NCBI RefSeq assembly: GCF_000143415.4
Contig: NW_003314300.1
Location: 894,181-958,180 of the forward strand
Reading direction: 5' to 3'
Source of the DNA: Selaginella moellendorffii
Lineage: Eukaryota > Plantae > Lycopodiophyta
Length of the DNA: 64,000 bases
Shown here: positions 48,681-62,510 of the stretch, in pieces
Layout: each line of letters begins with the position of its first letter
Position numbering within the stretch: the stretch's first letter is position 1
Position numbers and translations under genes: made by a program
The notes under the pieces: generated by a model
What the model saw: the letters and a program-made list of their open reading frames with translations, nothing else
Told to the model about the DNA's origin: nothing
Database searches by the model: none

Positions 48681-50599
48681 TGTTTGCTTAATATAAAATT
48701 TTCTTTCATAGGAGTGGCTGTAAGGCTTGATGCTTCCTGTGCTCCTCTAAAAATTAAAGCCTGGTAGAACATTAATAAGATTTATATGTAGACGATACTT
48801 AACTCCATATAAAAAATAAATGGATTTTGGCTAAATTTTATAGACCCTGCAAATACATCTGAAAAAATTAATTGAAGGTAAAGTAACTTAGAAGTTATAG
48901 TGATCCTATTTTTCCCCTACTAGTTTGTTGTTCTTCCTGTAGCAAGACAAATATGTTGACAATAGTAGAGAAAAACTGAATTTCACAATTAATGAAATTG
49001 AAATGAAACACTTCTGAATTTTAAAAAAATTATAAGAGATTTCACATTATTTCACTGCCGATGTCATATTATTAATTGAATTTTAAATCTCTCAATTATA
49101 AGCACTGGGTTGCACTTGTCACAACTAAAGCTGGATCAGCCATGGCTGCGGCTGGAGCTAGATCACTACTTGCTCATGGCTAAACTGCTATATTGCTGGA
49201 TGGAGCTGGATTGTTGCTTGCTTGTGGCTGCACTGCTGAGTTGCTTGCTGGGGCTGGATTTCTGCACTGTTGCATTGCATCACTACTTGCTCGGCTGTGG
49301 CTGCTTGAGTGGTGCTCAGTGCTGCTCCAGTCTGGTTAGTCTGCTGCTTGTTGAATGTGCTGCTCCTAGAGATCAGTGAGAACAAAAATAGCTTTTACAA
49401 AAAGCAATAAGAAGTAGGAACTCTTACAGGATGAAAAGGTTACTCTAGCTGGCTCGCTGGCTCTGTAAGAAAAAGGCTGATTCAAAGAAAAAATTAAAAG
49501 TTCCTGATGCAATTTTTGGGTTTTGGTTTTTAAAAACGAGTTTGGAAATGAAATTCTTGACTACCTTAGCACAGAGACAAAGTTCCGGACATCTTTGCTC
49601 ACCGCAGCTGGCATTGCAAGGCATGTACTCAGCACAACATACATATCTACAGTGATCAAAAGCGAGAGAGAAAAAAATAGTTTAGAAAAAACCAACAAGG
49701 AAAAGACATGTGAAGGGCCCAATTTCTGAAGAGATAAGAAGCACATGACACACTGTAGAGAAGATCAAAGAAACAAAACAGAATGGAGAATTGAGGAAGA
49801 GAACAGCAAAGCAGAAAATTGAAAGTGCAATCACTGCCAAATATCAGCAGAGAACCAGCATTTGCAAGTAGAAAAGAGAGAATCGATTGAAAGCTTGCAT
49901 GGACAATCGTTGAAAGTGGAATGCGTGAGATCGGTTGCAGTAGGTGTTTTGCACCTCCATCTTATCTATATTCAAAGGATCTCATCCAAGAAAACAAAAA
50001 GAATTCTTGTAGATACGAGAATGGAGTTCTACCATAGATGAGATCCACCTCCAATCCATGCCATTGCTCCAATCTGCTGCTAAGAACAAAGAGATGATCG
50101 GTGGATCGCTCGATTGTGCGCAACCGGCGGTGGGCTGTATGATCGATCGACTGGTGAGGCAGATTGACTAACTTTGTATCGATCTAGATCTCCCCTTTGG
50201 GCTTCCCGCCCATCTTTTCGAGAACTCCCCTGGGATGTGCCAGCCCCAGCCCAATCTGCCTACGGATCGGAGCGGGCTGCTACAACGACGATGTACCGGC
50301 CCAAATTGATCCATAGGAAGGTGACGTGCGGTTAGAGGAAAGAAGGAGAGCTTCTCGGCGGGAGAAGAAGCGGGATAAAGGAGCCGAGTGTTCAATCACT
50401 GAACATGCCTCGTCTAGGCTTACGCCCATCTTAAGACTGCTACAACAACTCTTCAGTCTATCATCGGCAAATTCGTAGGTAAGAGATCAAAGTCAAATCC
50501 CCGATCCCGAGAGATAAGAATCATATTAACTTTTCATGTGTCCAGAGCCGCTCGGACAATCCCCTCCATGGTCAGCCCACCACAAATAACGTATCGCAG

Positions 50600-51380
50600 G
50601 CTCTTTCTCTCGAGCATCAGATCAAAGGCCTCGTTGATTTGCGCTAGCGGGAGGCAGTGAGTGGTAAACATTTCCAGAAAATCCGAAGAAATACATGGAG
50701 ACGCACGAAATTCTCGTATCTAGTAAATCCCTTGCCTTTGTCACGAATCTCTCCATGAGCACTGGAAGCTGCGTTACTCCCTTGAAACCTTCAAACCTTT
50801 GAGAACGCGTCATGCGAGAAAGTTTCTCGAGTGGATTGGGTGGCCGGGGATAATTCGTCCGATCACGCAAACACCACCACCCTGGATCAAAGAAAAAGCT
50901 TACAAGTTCTTGAGATGAAAAAAAAAAAGTTTAAACATACGTAGCTTTCAATGGGGGAGGGAACGCATTCAAAGCTGTAATCTGTGCCACCACCAGACGT
51001 GCCCTGCACGGCCTGACAGATGACGCTCGAACTAGGTAAAAGCTCGGAGCGAAAACCATCCTCTCCCAACCAAGTCGTGAAGATCATGATGTCCTGTGGG
51101 TGGTGTAGATGCCGGTGGCCTCCGAGCTCGACAACCAGCATCTTTAATCGCGGTTGCTTCATCCTCCACAGTGATCCGGATTTGCTTCTGTCTGGTGATG
51201 GGACATCTTCAACGGAATGGTGATTCTGCTCCTTACGGAGCCTGCCGTACGTACTCCAAAGATTGTCCATGAAGAAATCAGATTCTGGAAGTCTTTCGCC
51301 GAGTCGTTGAGGAGGTTCAATGACGAAGTACTCGATCTGGACCTAGCGACGGCCTCTTCTACCAAAGAGATCACGTTCAG
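50600..51380 (-). pseudogene. Degenerate distant paralogue of the PD-(D/E)XK-like family
   Basis: GSVRSRITIPLKM..EANPDHC.(E)DE resembles SSIRTRVTIPLQM..EVSSDLCVEDE; frameshifted. Confidence 0.45.
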
Positions 51381-51451
51381 ATAGACATTATAGGAAAAGG
51401 GGTGTATATTTCATTAGGGTTCATAGGACTTTCTGTGGCATCCTTAGGGAC

Positions 51452-52231
51452 ATGAGACGGGGCGAGATGGGCTTCTATGGCATCAACGTGGTCAGGGTAA
51501 GAAATTTCAAGGATTTCTTTGGGAAGGAGCCGCAGGAAGGAAGGAGCAGTGGCGATGGCGATGTGCTGGAATTTTTAGGTCTGGACCTGGCTCCTATAAT
51601 GCAGGCGTCTTTGCGGCCGAGCAGGATAGTATGCAGCTCCAGGGCCGTGGAGCTCCTCGTCAAGTCCATCACCTGCGTCACCAAAACTCACAGATTCGAG
51701 GAAGTGTCCGACATTGAAAACTTGTCCAAGTCACTCCTGGAGCTCTTCCGCCTCGATGTCCCTGGGATGTGCGTCGTCACACGGCGTAAGCTGGAGCTCC
51801 AAATTGACAACATAGCAGTGGATGCGAGCCCTGGTGTTGCAGTCGAGACGGAGGTGGATGATTTCATTCGCCTCGTTGTGCAAATTGATAGGAGCTTCAA
51901 GGACAGGGATCACGATCCAGAGGCGGAGATGATCGCCTCAGGGATTGCTGCGTATCAGGAGCTCCTGGACCGTGTTTGTGAATCTCCTCCGCAGGAGCTT
52001 CTTTTGCCTGGGATTGTGATGCGAGGCACTTGCCCAACGTTTTACCTGATGAGGCTGAGCAGGGAGATGGTGGAGTGCGTCAAGCAAGGGCGGCGGCCTG
52101 GCTTCTCGACGAGAGTCGACCAGTATGTGCTTCCAGGCCTTGTTCCGCCCAGCTCCTGGGATGCGATCATAGTGCCGGAGCACCGCGCGCACATCGCACA
52201 GTGCCTCGAGTCTCTCAAAAGCTTTATGTAA
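51452..52231 (+). CDS. Intronless paralogue of the 38567 family (putative catalytic motif altered)
   Basis: 259-aa ORF; FKDFFG, VELLVKSI, SLLELF, DPEAEMIASGIAA, PGIVMRGTCPTFYL. Confidence 0.65.
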   Translation: MRRGEMGFYGINVVRVRNFKDFFGKEPQEGRSSGDGDVLEFLGLDLAPIMQASLRPSRIVCSSRAVELLVKSITCVTKTHRFEEVSDIENLSKSLLELFRLDVPGMCVVTRRKLELQIDNIAVDASPGVAVETEVDDFIRLVVQIDRSFKDRDHDPEAEMIASGIAAYQELLDRVCESPPQELLLPGIVMRGTCPTFYLMRLSREMVECVKQGRRPGFSTRVDQYVLPGLVPPSSWDAIIVPEHRAHIAQCLESLKSFM

Positions 52232-54492
52232 AGTGAAGAGATGATCAAATGGACTGGATCTGAGCTCGTCTTCGCTGGAAACAATGAGATGGCGTGCTGG
52301 CAAGCTGCCTTCGATCCAATGCTGCAGCGGGACATGGTTTACGTCGCGTGGAATCAATTTACGTCGCGTGGAAGCAATAGGAGTTTGGCACAGCTTAAAT
52401 CAATGCAAGCAAAGAAGAGATCGCAACGCCTGTCATATGCTAACTTTCAAGTTGAGGTGGCATTTTGTGGGAGGTAGGGCGGGAAAGCATTTATGGAGGC
52501 GCTGGATCGCTGGATGTGGGAGACATACTGTTTTCCTCTCTATTTCCTGCTCAGAACTGGGTCTTTGAGATGGTCTGATGGAGGTGGTGATTCCTCATAG
52601 TTGGCAATACACTAAGACATCTTACTCTGTCAATGAAATTGGCACCACATATGCAGACGAGTGGATGGGATGGCCACTTTTCTTGCTTCACTACTTTGTT
52701 ATTGTGTCTCAGCTGAAAAAACTACTTTGTTATTGTGTCTCAGCTGAAAAAACTGTTCATGCTTAATTATCAAATCCAGAGAAGCTGGTAAGGTAGTTGA
52801 AGCTTGCTCTCCATCCTCGGAGGAATGGAATCGTTGGTATTAGTAGCATTTTTCACAGCTGGCCTTAAAGTTTTCTTCCTATTATCACTAGACTATAGAG
52901 CTATACTAGCATGTTGTATAACTCAAGAGAAAAACCAGGCAAAACATTGGCAGTGCTTCAATAGGGGTAATTAACAGCCTGTCCATGCTCACACTCGAAG
53001 GAGGTTTCAATTGCATGATAAAAACCCAGCACTGGTAAAAACCATTTCTAGTAAACATGATAACAAAAAAATAGGATGTAAAACAGTTTGAGCCGCTGTG
53101 TCTCATGACGCATACAACCAGCCAGATGATAACTTGCCCATGAACACTGGAATGACGTGATTGCTGGGCTTGAGATCCAACACCCCCTCGCAAACGCTCC
53201 TGGGCACACAGAGCAAAGAGAAGGTATTTAGGTTTTCGCCTCCTTAGATTCGTGGGAAAACCTCCACCTGTGGAGAAAGAGAGAGAAATCTCCAAGTCAT
53301 CAGTCTGCAAAATACTTTTGGTTTTCTAAGCTTTTGGTAAATTAACTTATGCATTATCCATTTACATAAAAAAGACTAAAGCAAACCAAATGTTTACCAA
53401 CAATAAATTATAATAATCAAAATAGTTTCATATGTAATACTAAGCTGCCTGGTGGGCAAAATTTTTTTGATCTACATATTATCAATAATCTCTTCCTGAT
53501 CTCTAGGGCCATGCAGCTGTTCAATTGTGACATTCATGATCTGCATATAGCAAGTATTAAGTCTGGAGGAAATGCCTTTGAAACTATAAAACACTTCACA
53601 ATATCCTCACAACCATCCTTGCCATTCCAAGCACATTGCCATTGTCCATACCAAGTGGCTTGCATATAAGGGGTGAACTTTGCCGAATATCCTTCTAGAT
53701 CAAATCTGTAAAATGCAATTGTATGATCTACTATCTTACAATCAATTGTATGTTCACGTCATGATAGACTGCAAATTGAACACTGAGTTTGAGCTGGAGC
53801 AAGTAAACTAAAAATTAGGAGTTTAGCAAAGAGTTGGAAAGCACAAGTATACAAACATTGCTTGGGACTCTTTTTCATGCCACGAAGTGCTGATAAAAAT
53901 TTTAAAAACCTGTGTTGTAGCAGCTCAACTCAAGGCAGTAGGCAGAAAACACAGTGTGGTTATTTACAGAGGCAATTGGCAAAAACAAGTGCAATAGCAG
54001 CATGCCCCAGCTCACTTAAGACTGGACATTATTTATCTTCTTTACTGTCCTACTACCAAGAAACTCCAAGTTCAAACATTGATCTTAAGTTTTTATGGAA
54101 ATTGACACATGCACTTGGAATCTGATCACCAGCACTCTCTTCACAAAGCCAATGCCTCAATGCGTATATGAAAGTAAACTTTCACATCAATGTTGCATGG
54201 ATCCCCATGCCTCAATCAGGAGCTGCATGCAGGTCCTCATCTAGATTGAGGGAGCAGCCCTGCTCAGAAGGAGGGAGCAAATTTGATTCTTACCCATGAT
54301 GTCACACATGGCAAATGTCCTTCTTCTCTCACAATAGCCAATGGGCACACAAAACATCTATTTATCAAAACATTTCAGTGTTACATGGTTAAAGAAATCA
54401 CCCTTACGATGATTGGCTGGATCGACCGGCCTAAAACGTTCGGCAACTCATTATTATAGATGCTCCCTTTTAAGGTTTCATTCAGGGTTGAC

Positions 54493-55281
54493 ATGAGGCG
54501 GGGCGAGATGGGCTTCTATGGCATCAACCTGGCCAGGGTAAGAAATTTCAAGGATTTCTTTGGGAAGGAGCCGCATGAGGGCAGCAGTGGCAATGGTGGC
54601 GATGTGCTCGAGCTTTTAGGTTTGGACCTGGCTCCCATCATGCAGGGGTCTTTGCGGCCGAGTAGGATAGCATGCAGCTCCAGGGCCGTGGAGATCCTTG
54701 TCAAGTCCATCACCTGCGTCACCAAAACTCACAGGTTTGAGGAAGTGTCCGACATTGAAAACTTGTCCAAGTCGCTCCTGGAGCTCTTCCGCCTCGATCT
54801 CCCTGGCATGCGCATAACACGGCGTAAGCTGGAGCTCAAAATTGGCAACACTAAAGTGGATGCGAGCCCTGGTGTTGTAGTCGAGACGGAGGTGGATGGT
54901 TTCATTCGCCTCGTTGTCCAAATTGATAGGAGCTTCAAGGACAGGGATCACGATCCAGAGGCGGAGATGATCGCCTCAGGGATTGCTACGTATCAGGAGC
55001 TCCTGGATAAGTATGAGAACCATGTTTGTGAATCTCCTCCAGAGGAGCTTCTTTTACCAGGGATTGTGATGCGAGGCACTTGCCCAACATTTTACCTGAT
55101 GAGGCTGAGCAGGGAGATGGTGGAGTGCGTCAAGCAAGGGCGGCGGCCTGGCTTCTCGACGAGAGTCGACCAGTATGTGCTTCCAGGCCTTGTTCCGCCC
55201 AGCTCCTGGGATGCGATCATAGTGCCGGAGCACCGCGCACACATCGCACAGTGCCTCGAGTCCCTCAAAAGCTTTATGTAA
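54493..55281 (+). CDS. Recent duplicate of 51452-52231
   Basis: Highly similar intact ORF; ATG at 54493 corresponds to 51452. Confidence 0.65.
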   Translation: MRRGEMGFYGINLARVRNFKDFFGKEPHEGSSGNGGDVLELLGLDLAPIMQGSLRPSRIACSSRAVEILVKSITCVTKTHRFEEVSDIENLSKSLLELFRLDLPGMRITRRKLELKIGNTKVDASPGVVVETEVDGFIRLVVQIDRSFKDRDHDPEAEMIASGIATYQELLDKYENHVCESPPEELLLPGIVMRGTCPTFYLMRLSREMVECVKQGRRPGFSTRVDQYVLPGLVPPSSWDAIIVPEHRAHIAQCLESLKSFM

Positions 55282-55994
55282 AGTGAAGGTGGAGTTTTAT
55301 CCATCAGATCACAGCTACTTAAAAACATTTCTCCAATTACCAAGCAAATAAAAACCGTAGGAGTGCTAAGACGTTCTTAATCTTGTTAGCATGCTCTCAG
55401 CGAACTTCTGTTGCACAGGAATCCCGTAAGCTACAGCCTTTCCACAGCAAAACTGAAGACAAGGCAGGCATCTACAGCTTGGATGGTATACCGTATTTCA
55501 GATATCCATCCCCCTTAATTTCAGCTCGTTTCGCTATCATATTGCGAACTCTGAAAGGAAATATAAGGATCAAAGAAGATTGCTCTTATATACGTCTCTG
55601 GTGTCTTGTTGGGCTGACAACGCATCAGCCTCAGCAAGTGCATTGTAAACGATTGTCTGTCATGAAAAAAAGAACCTTGAAGTCAATCGAGATGAGAAGT
55701 GAGAGCAATCTTTTGCTCACTTATTGCAGAGGGGACATGCTGAACAAGGACTGCCTTGTCGTTTTGTGGTTTGCTACAGGTTCTAAATTGATTGTGCACG
55801 CGAACTGGAATGCACTGTCTGCAAAACAAGATAATTGTCGACGCTAGTCGCAAGTCAAGACTTTACTTATCATCCCGATTGACTTCAAGATCTTTTTTTG
55901 GACATACAAGTCCTGGGCAGTCGTTTGCGATCAACGAGACACCAAATTCGTGATATGATAGCGAAAAAGAAGAACATAGGAAAATGTAACGTGC

Positions 55995-56900
55995 TAGTAT
56001 CGCATAGAAGTTGACGATGGCGGTTGCCACGGCAGTTTCAGCTGAAAGGCCACACTCGTCACTGTAACCACGAACTCTTCTCCCTTCTCAAAACCCCGGC
56101 CTTGGTACAAGAGTTGAAGACCATGAGCAGTGTGATCTTGTCGATCGAGATCCCCGACTGGAGCATGGATTGGAAAGTCCGTAAGGATTGGCCGCCGCCA
56201 CCAGTGCTGTCCACGGAGCAACGTCGTCGGAAGAACAAAGCTCTATCAAGCTCCTGCACTTGAGATACATGTCACGGCCGAGCCGCCGGCTGTGCGTGGA
56301 GTTTCCTGCCTTCCATCAGAGCCTTATCGTTGCCGCATCGCCGGAGCAGCCGAGAGTAGTTGAAAGACGCATTTCCCTCCATCCGGCCAAGTATTGGCGC
56401 CTTGCAGAATCCTTACTAAATATGAAACAAAAACTGGCATTGATCTATCATCTATCCACACTGCTTAAATCCACCATCTCTCTCACTGCTCATGGCTCTT
56501 GATCTCCTCCATCTGAACGGCAGTGCCGGATTTCTGGTGAGCCGCGCAAGTCAGATTAGTCACAGTTCTGGTCTCGAGCACCGATGCCTTGAACAGCGCC
56601 GGGGGGAGCATCCCCGCGAGGCCGAATTCCAATCCATTCACGGTGTTGGAGCCACGTGGTGTACAGGCCCTCCAGTTTAAGGTTCTTAGTTTTTCTTTGC
56701 CGTTTCCTGAGAGCCATCCCAGAGGGAGTATTCTCTGTTTCTTCAGAGCGCTACAGCATCAAGACGAGGCAGTGCTCGGGTATGGAATCAAAGATGCGCT
56801 TGGCATCGGCAGTGCTCTGGGATCGCGCCAGGCAGCATAGCAGCGTCGACCAGGAGATCAGAATTCTCCCTACCTGTGCTCGGCACACAAGATCGTGCTC
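55995..56900 (-). pseudogene. PLS-class PPR gene remnant
   Basis: ADAKRIFDSIPEHCLV, EGRKLHAQ, MYLKCRSLIE, DVAPWTALVAA, SLRTFQSMLQSGISIDKITLLMVFNSCTKAG in mixed frames. Confidence 0.7.
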
Positions 56901-57719
56901 GGGCATTTTTTGCTCGATCCAAGTCGGAGAGGGCAGTGAAAGGCTTGAAATAAAGAGGCCAGGCGGGGAAATTTATTTGGTTGAAAACTATTTCCTACCT
57001 GTGTCAGCTAAAACACAGTTTCAAGTCTTTGTTATCCAGTGGAAGAGTACTCTAGGATGAGTTGCTTCGGGTGGCTCTAGTTTTAGGAGGCAGGGCTTTT
57101 TGTACTTGAGGGAGTTTTGTTTGAGAGTTTCACTTTATACTTTTTACTCAATCATGTTAAGTATTTATGTGTTTCAATATTTTAAAATTTATTAAAACCT
57201 TAATTTTTTTAACATAAGTTTCCTTTGTAACACTTATGGTTGACTGTATTGTTTTATATTGATTTGTGCTAAGTTGAGCTCAACTTTGGACTATCTCTAA
57301 TTTTTTATAGGCATGATTATGAATGGATCAATCAAAATTATAAAGATTAGTCTGTTAATTCAAATAGTCAATGCATTACTCTATTATATTAAATTGGTTT
57401 GAAGACAGTGCGAATACAAATTTAAGGCTTAGTTAAAGTTGAGTTCGAAAAGATAGTTATCAAGGATGAAAAATCAAACACAAAAAACATTTTTTCTTTT
57501 TCAAGAGATAATTTGCAATGAAGTGTGATTTCATTGCTCATGTTCACATCATGCAAAAAAAAGGTTCTTATTTCAATTCATGTGGGTTATGATAATCTTA
57601 CAAGGAGTCGATGAATTGTTAAATCATTTAATTTAAGCTTGCAATTGGAGCAATTTAAAAAAAAATTAAGCATTTTATAAGATGCAATTGGAGCAAGGGA
57701 ATTGGATCCTGTTGGAATG

Positions 57720-58900
57720 AGCATTGGAATGAATCTTCTTCCATGTGTCAGGGAGCTTCAGCTCATAACATCATGAAAATTTTATAAGATCTCAAAGGGA
57801 CCAAAAATAGCATAGCCACAACTTAGGATAGACACATAATGATGCAGAGCTATCTACACCAACACTTTATCACCAGATAGCGGTCAGCGTATTTCTTTTG
57901 TTGTTCTTGAGCATGCATCAACTTATCCCTCATAGCCATAAGGATAGCAGTCATTTCATCAACCACCTGATTGATAGTCTCCACGCAAGACTTAGCCAAC
58001 CAAGTCTGGACTTCGAGGAATAAAGCCATAAGCAGCATAAAAAGGAGCTATGCCAATCGAAGCATGGATGGAACTGTTATAAGCAAATTCCATCAAAGGC
58101 AGATAGTCCTCCCATGCACTAGGGCTTTTATCTGCATAGCTTCATAACATATCCTCCAAAATACGATTTGTTCATTCAGTTTGGCCATCGGTTTCTGGAT
58201 GATAGGAGGAACTTCGTCCTAAAATCTCAAATAGACTAGTCCAAAAATGGCTAGTAAATCGGGGGTCTCAATCAGATACAATTGAACGAGGGAGATCATG
58301 AATCTTGAACACATCCTTGATGAATGCCACTTGACTGCCACTGACAGCCTTCTTGCAGGGACGGAAATGAGCAAGTTTGGTCAAGCGATCAACAATAACC
58401 AAAACTGCATCATTCTTTCGCTGAGTACGTGGTAACTCGGTGTTAAAATCCATCAAAATGGATTCCCATCGTCCTTGTGGAATTCCTAGAGGATGTAACA
58501 ATCCAGCAGGGCGCTGTGTATCAAGCTTCGTGCGTTGACACTTCAAGCATCCTTGTACATACATTGTGCATCACTCCTCATGCAGGGCCAAAAATATAAT
58601 GCTGCCACTCGCTCATAAGTCTTAATATCATGAGCTTCCCGCAAGATTAGAGTGCGCGTCTCCTTACAATAAGGTACACACAATCGGTCATGAAAATATA
58701 AATCATCATGGAGAGAATAGTTTTGATAAAGCGAAATCTCAACAGGAGTTCTTTTGTCCTTCTTCAAGCTTTCATAGCATACTTCACTAGAAAGGAAGCT
58801 GTAAAATTCGTGATAGCCACTGAAATGGCATTCACACATGCTCGTCGACTGAGACCTCTCCAAATCAAGCTGGATGATCAATCCGAAGTTTTAAGTTGAA
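57720..58900 (-). pseudogene. Ty3/gypsy integrase remnant
   Basis: [63 protein letters not shown]. Confidence 0.85.
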
Positions 58901-61272
58901 TTATCTTGTATAGAGAACAAAGTACCACCATCTCACACCAGGTCACTTAGAAATTCTTCATTCATCTCTTCTGTACCTTCTGCAAGGGATCGCTCAGGAC
59001 GGCCTTTCAAGCACTCTCTTTGGGAGAGTAGTAGTGGCAGTAGGTCCAGAGAAAGGTCTCAAACTTCTTGTGGTGTGCATGGTCCTCTCTTGCAACAAAC
59101 CCTCAACCCTAGCTGAAGGAAGTTGTAGAAGGTTTATAAAATGTCTTGTTTGTGATGATCTAGGTTCCTGGAATCCTTACATTCCGCTTGTGGACATGAG
59201 GAAAAGTGCAAAAGCTCACATTTTGGTAGTCTAGAAAGAGAGTTTTTTAGGGCACTACTTTGCATTGCAAAGAGCCATTTTCCACCCTTGAAATCGGAGG
59301 TCAAGGAAAAGCTTTGTTGCTGTGCCCAAGAGTAAGGTTTGCTTCTTTTTTTTTTTTTTGTTTACATTTAGGAAATATTTATTTGTAGAAGATTTCATAC
59401 TTATGCTCAACTTACTCCTGGAAATGCCTTGGCTATGGCAGCCCCAAGACATTGCAGCCATGCCCGGGATTGTCTTGGCTCAAGGGAGGTAAGTGCCACC
59501 AAGCATCCTAGCCATGGCTGCAGTTGGCATGTGAAGGCAATCCCCATTGCATCCTAGTCATGGTTGCTAGCATTGCATTTTGGGCTGTGTTAAGCACTAG
59601 GTTAGGATAAAAGGATAAAGAAAAGGCTTTGCAATCAAATGATCACCCCTTTAGCTAGTTAGTTTAACCTTCTCTATAATTGTAGCACATTTTATTTCTC
59701 TTTCCTTAAGCCAACTAGAAAAAAGACAATTGCTTGATAAGAGTGTAGCACATGTGATTATAAAATGAGATTTGGATATACTGTCATTGTAGATTCTTAA
59801 AAATTTGGGGGATATATGGGGATAAAATAGCCACTAAGGGCTCTCTCATTAAATAATTACCCCTTTTCCAGTTGTCTTAAAAGGAAAAAGATAGGGTGCA
59901 CTACATTTTGTATCAGAGGATATGTCTCAGCGAGTACTATCCAATGAGATTGGGCAACTAGTCTTATTATATACGCAAAGATGAAAATGATGATCTAAGT
60001 GGGTATATATTTAAGTGCTATGACTTCACAATCGTTCCTTGAGTATAAAATTTGGTTACCTTTCGTACTAGATTGTATGAGCTTTTGCTTGGGCTCATAG
60101 GATGAATTGGAGATGTTCCGTTTGCATGAGTTTGCACTTGGGCTCGTGAAAGAGGTACATTAGCAAATCAAGGTTACACTTTGAGTTGGCAGAATTAATG
60201 TTAGCTTATTGATAGTTTCATGAGTTGTTCCATGTACCATGGGACCTTCCTTGGGTTTGCTATGAGTGGCAAATAGGCTGATCCGTAATTGTTTAGCACG
60301 GAACCAATGGATCTTTCCTATGCATGATTATAAGTGGATCAATTAGGACTATAGAGATTAATCTATTGGTTCAAGTAGTCATTACCTTGCTCTCTTATAA
60401 ACTTTTCTTGGATTAGATTGAAGGTAGTGTGAAATCAAGTTTGAGGTTTGGTCAAAAGATGAAACTGAAAAGAGAGTCATTAGGGATGAAGGATTAGACA
60501 TGTAAATCATCTTCTCTTCCTGGAAAAATGATTTGTAACGAGGTGTTAATTCATTGCTTGTATTCATATTATGCAATCAAGAGTCCCTATCTTGATACAT
60601 ATTGGAAATGGTCTTACAAGTGGTGAATCATTAGATGGATAGTGGTGAAGCACTAAACCATTTTGTCTAGGCTTACTATTAGAAGACTTACAATGCTAGG
60701 TTACAATGCTCAATTCTTTTCCAAGAAAGAGCTATTGCTCATTGAGTAACTTAGTGTTAAATTAGTTTTGAGTTTGGTTAGAAAGAGAATGACATGAGCT
60801 TGTCCGTATTGTGAACAAAAGTTAGTGATGTTAGGTGTTATAAATTTCTATTGGTGGAATGTGGTATTTATGTTGCATTTTGTTGAATTTAGTTGACACT
60901 TAATACTCACATAAACCTTGAAGTAATGACATAAGCATTGCTCATGGTATTGCTCAATTGATGATTAAGTCATTGTGATTTTTATATCATATCCATGTGG
61001 TGGTCCGGTGCTTTGGCTAAGGATGATGATATTCAACTTAATTGTTTGAAGTTGAGATGTTAGTACCTGTACTATAGTTTTGTCTATGAAGAGGTTATGT
61101 ACCAATATGAGTCCATCTCGTGGTCTTTATTTTAGTTTCAACTAAGTGTTGATCATGCATAGCTAGCCTTTTCAAGGCATACTCAGAGCTGTTGATTAAA
61201 TGTATAAGTGAGCTTATTGCGGTTGAGTTGAATTTGAGTGGTCATTTAGTTTGTGCTTGTTTATGAACCTTT

Positions 61273-62510
61273 AAGCAAGTTTATCACTGCTAAATCATCA
61301 TCGAGTGCAACAAGTGTTAACAGTCCTTGACGAAGTTTATAAGTAATCACTAGTTGCAAAGCAACTAACAATCACTTTTTATCTTGCCTTCACTATAACT
61401 AAATAATAAACTCGTGTCATCGAGTCATATACTTGTCCAACATGAACATAATACCCCATGTATGAGATGGTGTTGTGGAGGATCGTGTCATTAAATTTAC
61501 ATGGTTTTTCCATATTGGCTTATCAACTCTACCTCTGTCAATATCATTTGGTTGTGTTTAGTTTGTAATGTTGGATTTCATTGAGTTTTGGATGTGGTGA
61601 ATCACTCGTTGATGATGTGTTATTTGAATCTGAGTGTTATTGGAGGATTGGTCTTAGATACTAAGTATAGTATCTTCGACTTTGGTTAGCTTGGTTGTTA
61701 GAGAGCTTTGAGTGGTGATTCACTTTTGCTTTCTTCTAGCTTTGTCCTAGTGTTGATAGCATTGAAGTGATGCTCTGCCATTGATATTATTAATGTTGAG
61801 ACTTGAGTGAAATGAGATGTCTTTCCGTAAGATTGACATTGAGTTTCATTAGTCTCGATGAATATAGTGTTGATAGTTTAGTTGTAGCTTTGTGTTATTA
61901 GCATTCATGCATTTGCTAATTAGCAATTATATTGGCATTCAAACGAGTTGAGTGGCAATTTTGAGTTAATGGTGTTTTAAATGAGATTATTTAGTAGGGG
62001 TTAAGCCTTGGCTTTTCCTTGAAAAGTAATTTAGTCGTGAACAACATTAACTTTACCAAATGAAGAGTTAGTGATTGATATTGAAGATGTTTATGAGTAT
62101 TACCACATATTCACTCCTCATATTACCACATCCACTCCTTGATGATATATTATCTATAGTTGAGTATTATTGAAGGATTAGTCTCAAATATTGAGTAAGG
62201 TATCTTCGACTTTGGTTAGCTTAGTTGTTAAAGAGTTTTGAGTGGTGATTCACTCTTGCTTTCTTTTAGTTTTGTTTTGGTGTTGATCGCATTGAAGCAA
62301 TGTGTTGTTGTTGACATTGTTGTTGTTAGGATTTAAATGAAATGGAATGCCTCTCCGTAGGATTGATATTTAGTTTTATTAGTCTCGATGGAGATAGTGT
62401 TAGTGATTTGGCTGTAACTTTGTGTTATTGGCATTTGTGCATTTGTGCATTTGCTGATTAGCAACTATTTTAACATTCAAATGAGCTAAGTAGCAAATTG
62501 AGTTAATTGT
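61273..62510. repeat. Copy of the 9070-9874 repeat (mostly inverted) with partial tandem duplication
   Basis: 61273-61379 matches 9767-9873 directly; 61466-62090 is the reverse complement of ~9150-9760. Confidence 0.8.

Noticed and set aside
49100-50070. Exon-like fragments (Q-rich; LIYGRTPFS kinase-like)
   Set aside because: Too short and discontinuous to assign
57058-57082. Hairpin plus CTAG-T as a Helitron 3' end
   Set aside because: Hairpin is weak and abuts CTAG, non-canonical; no 5' end identified
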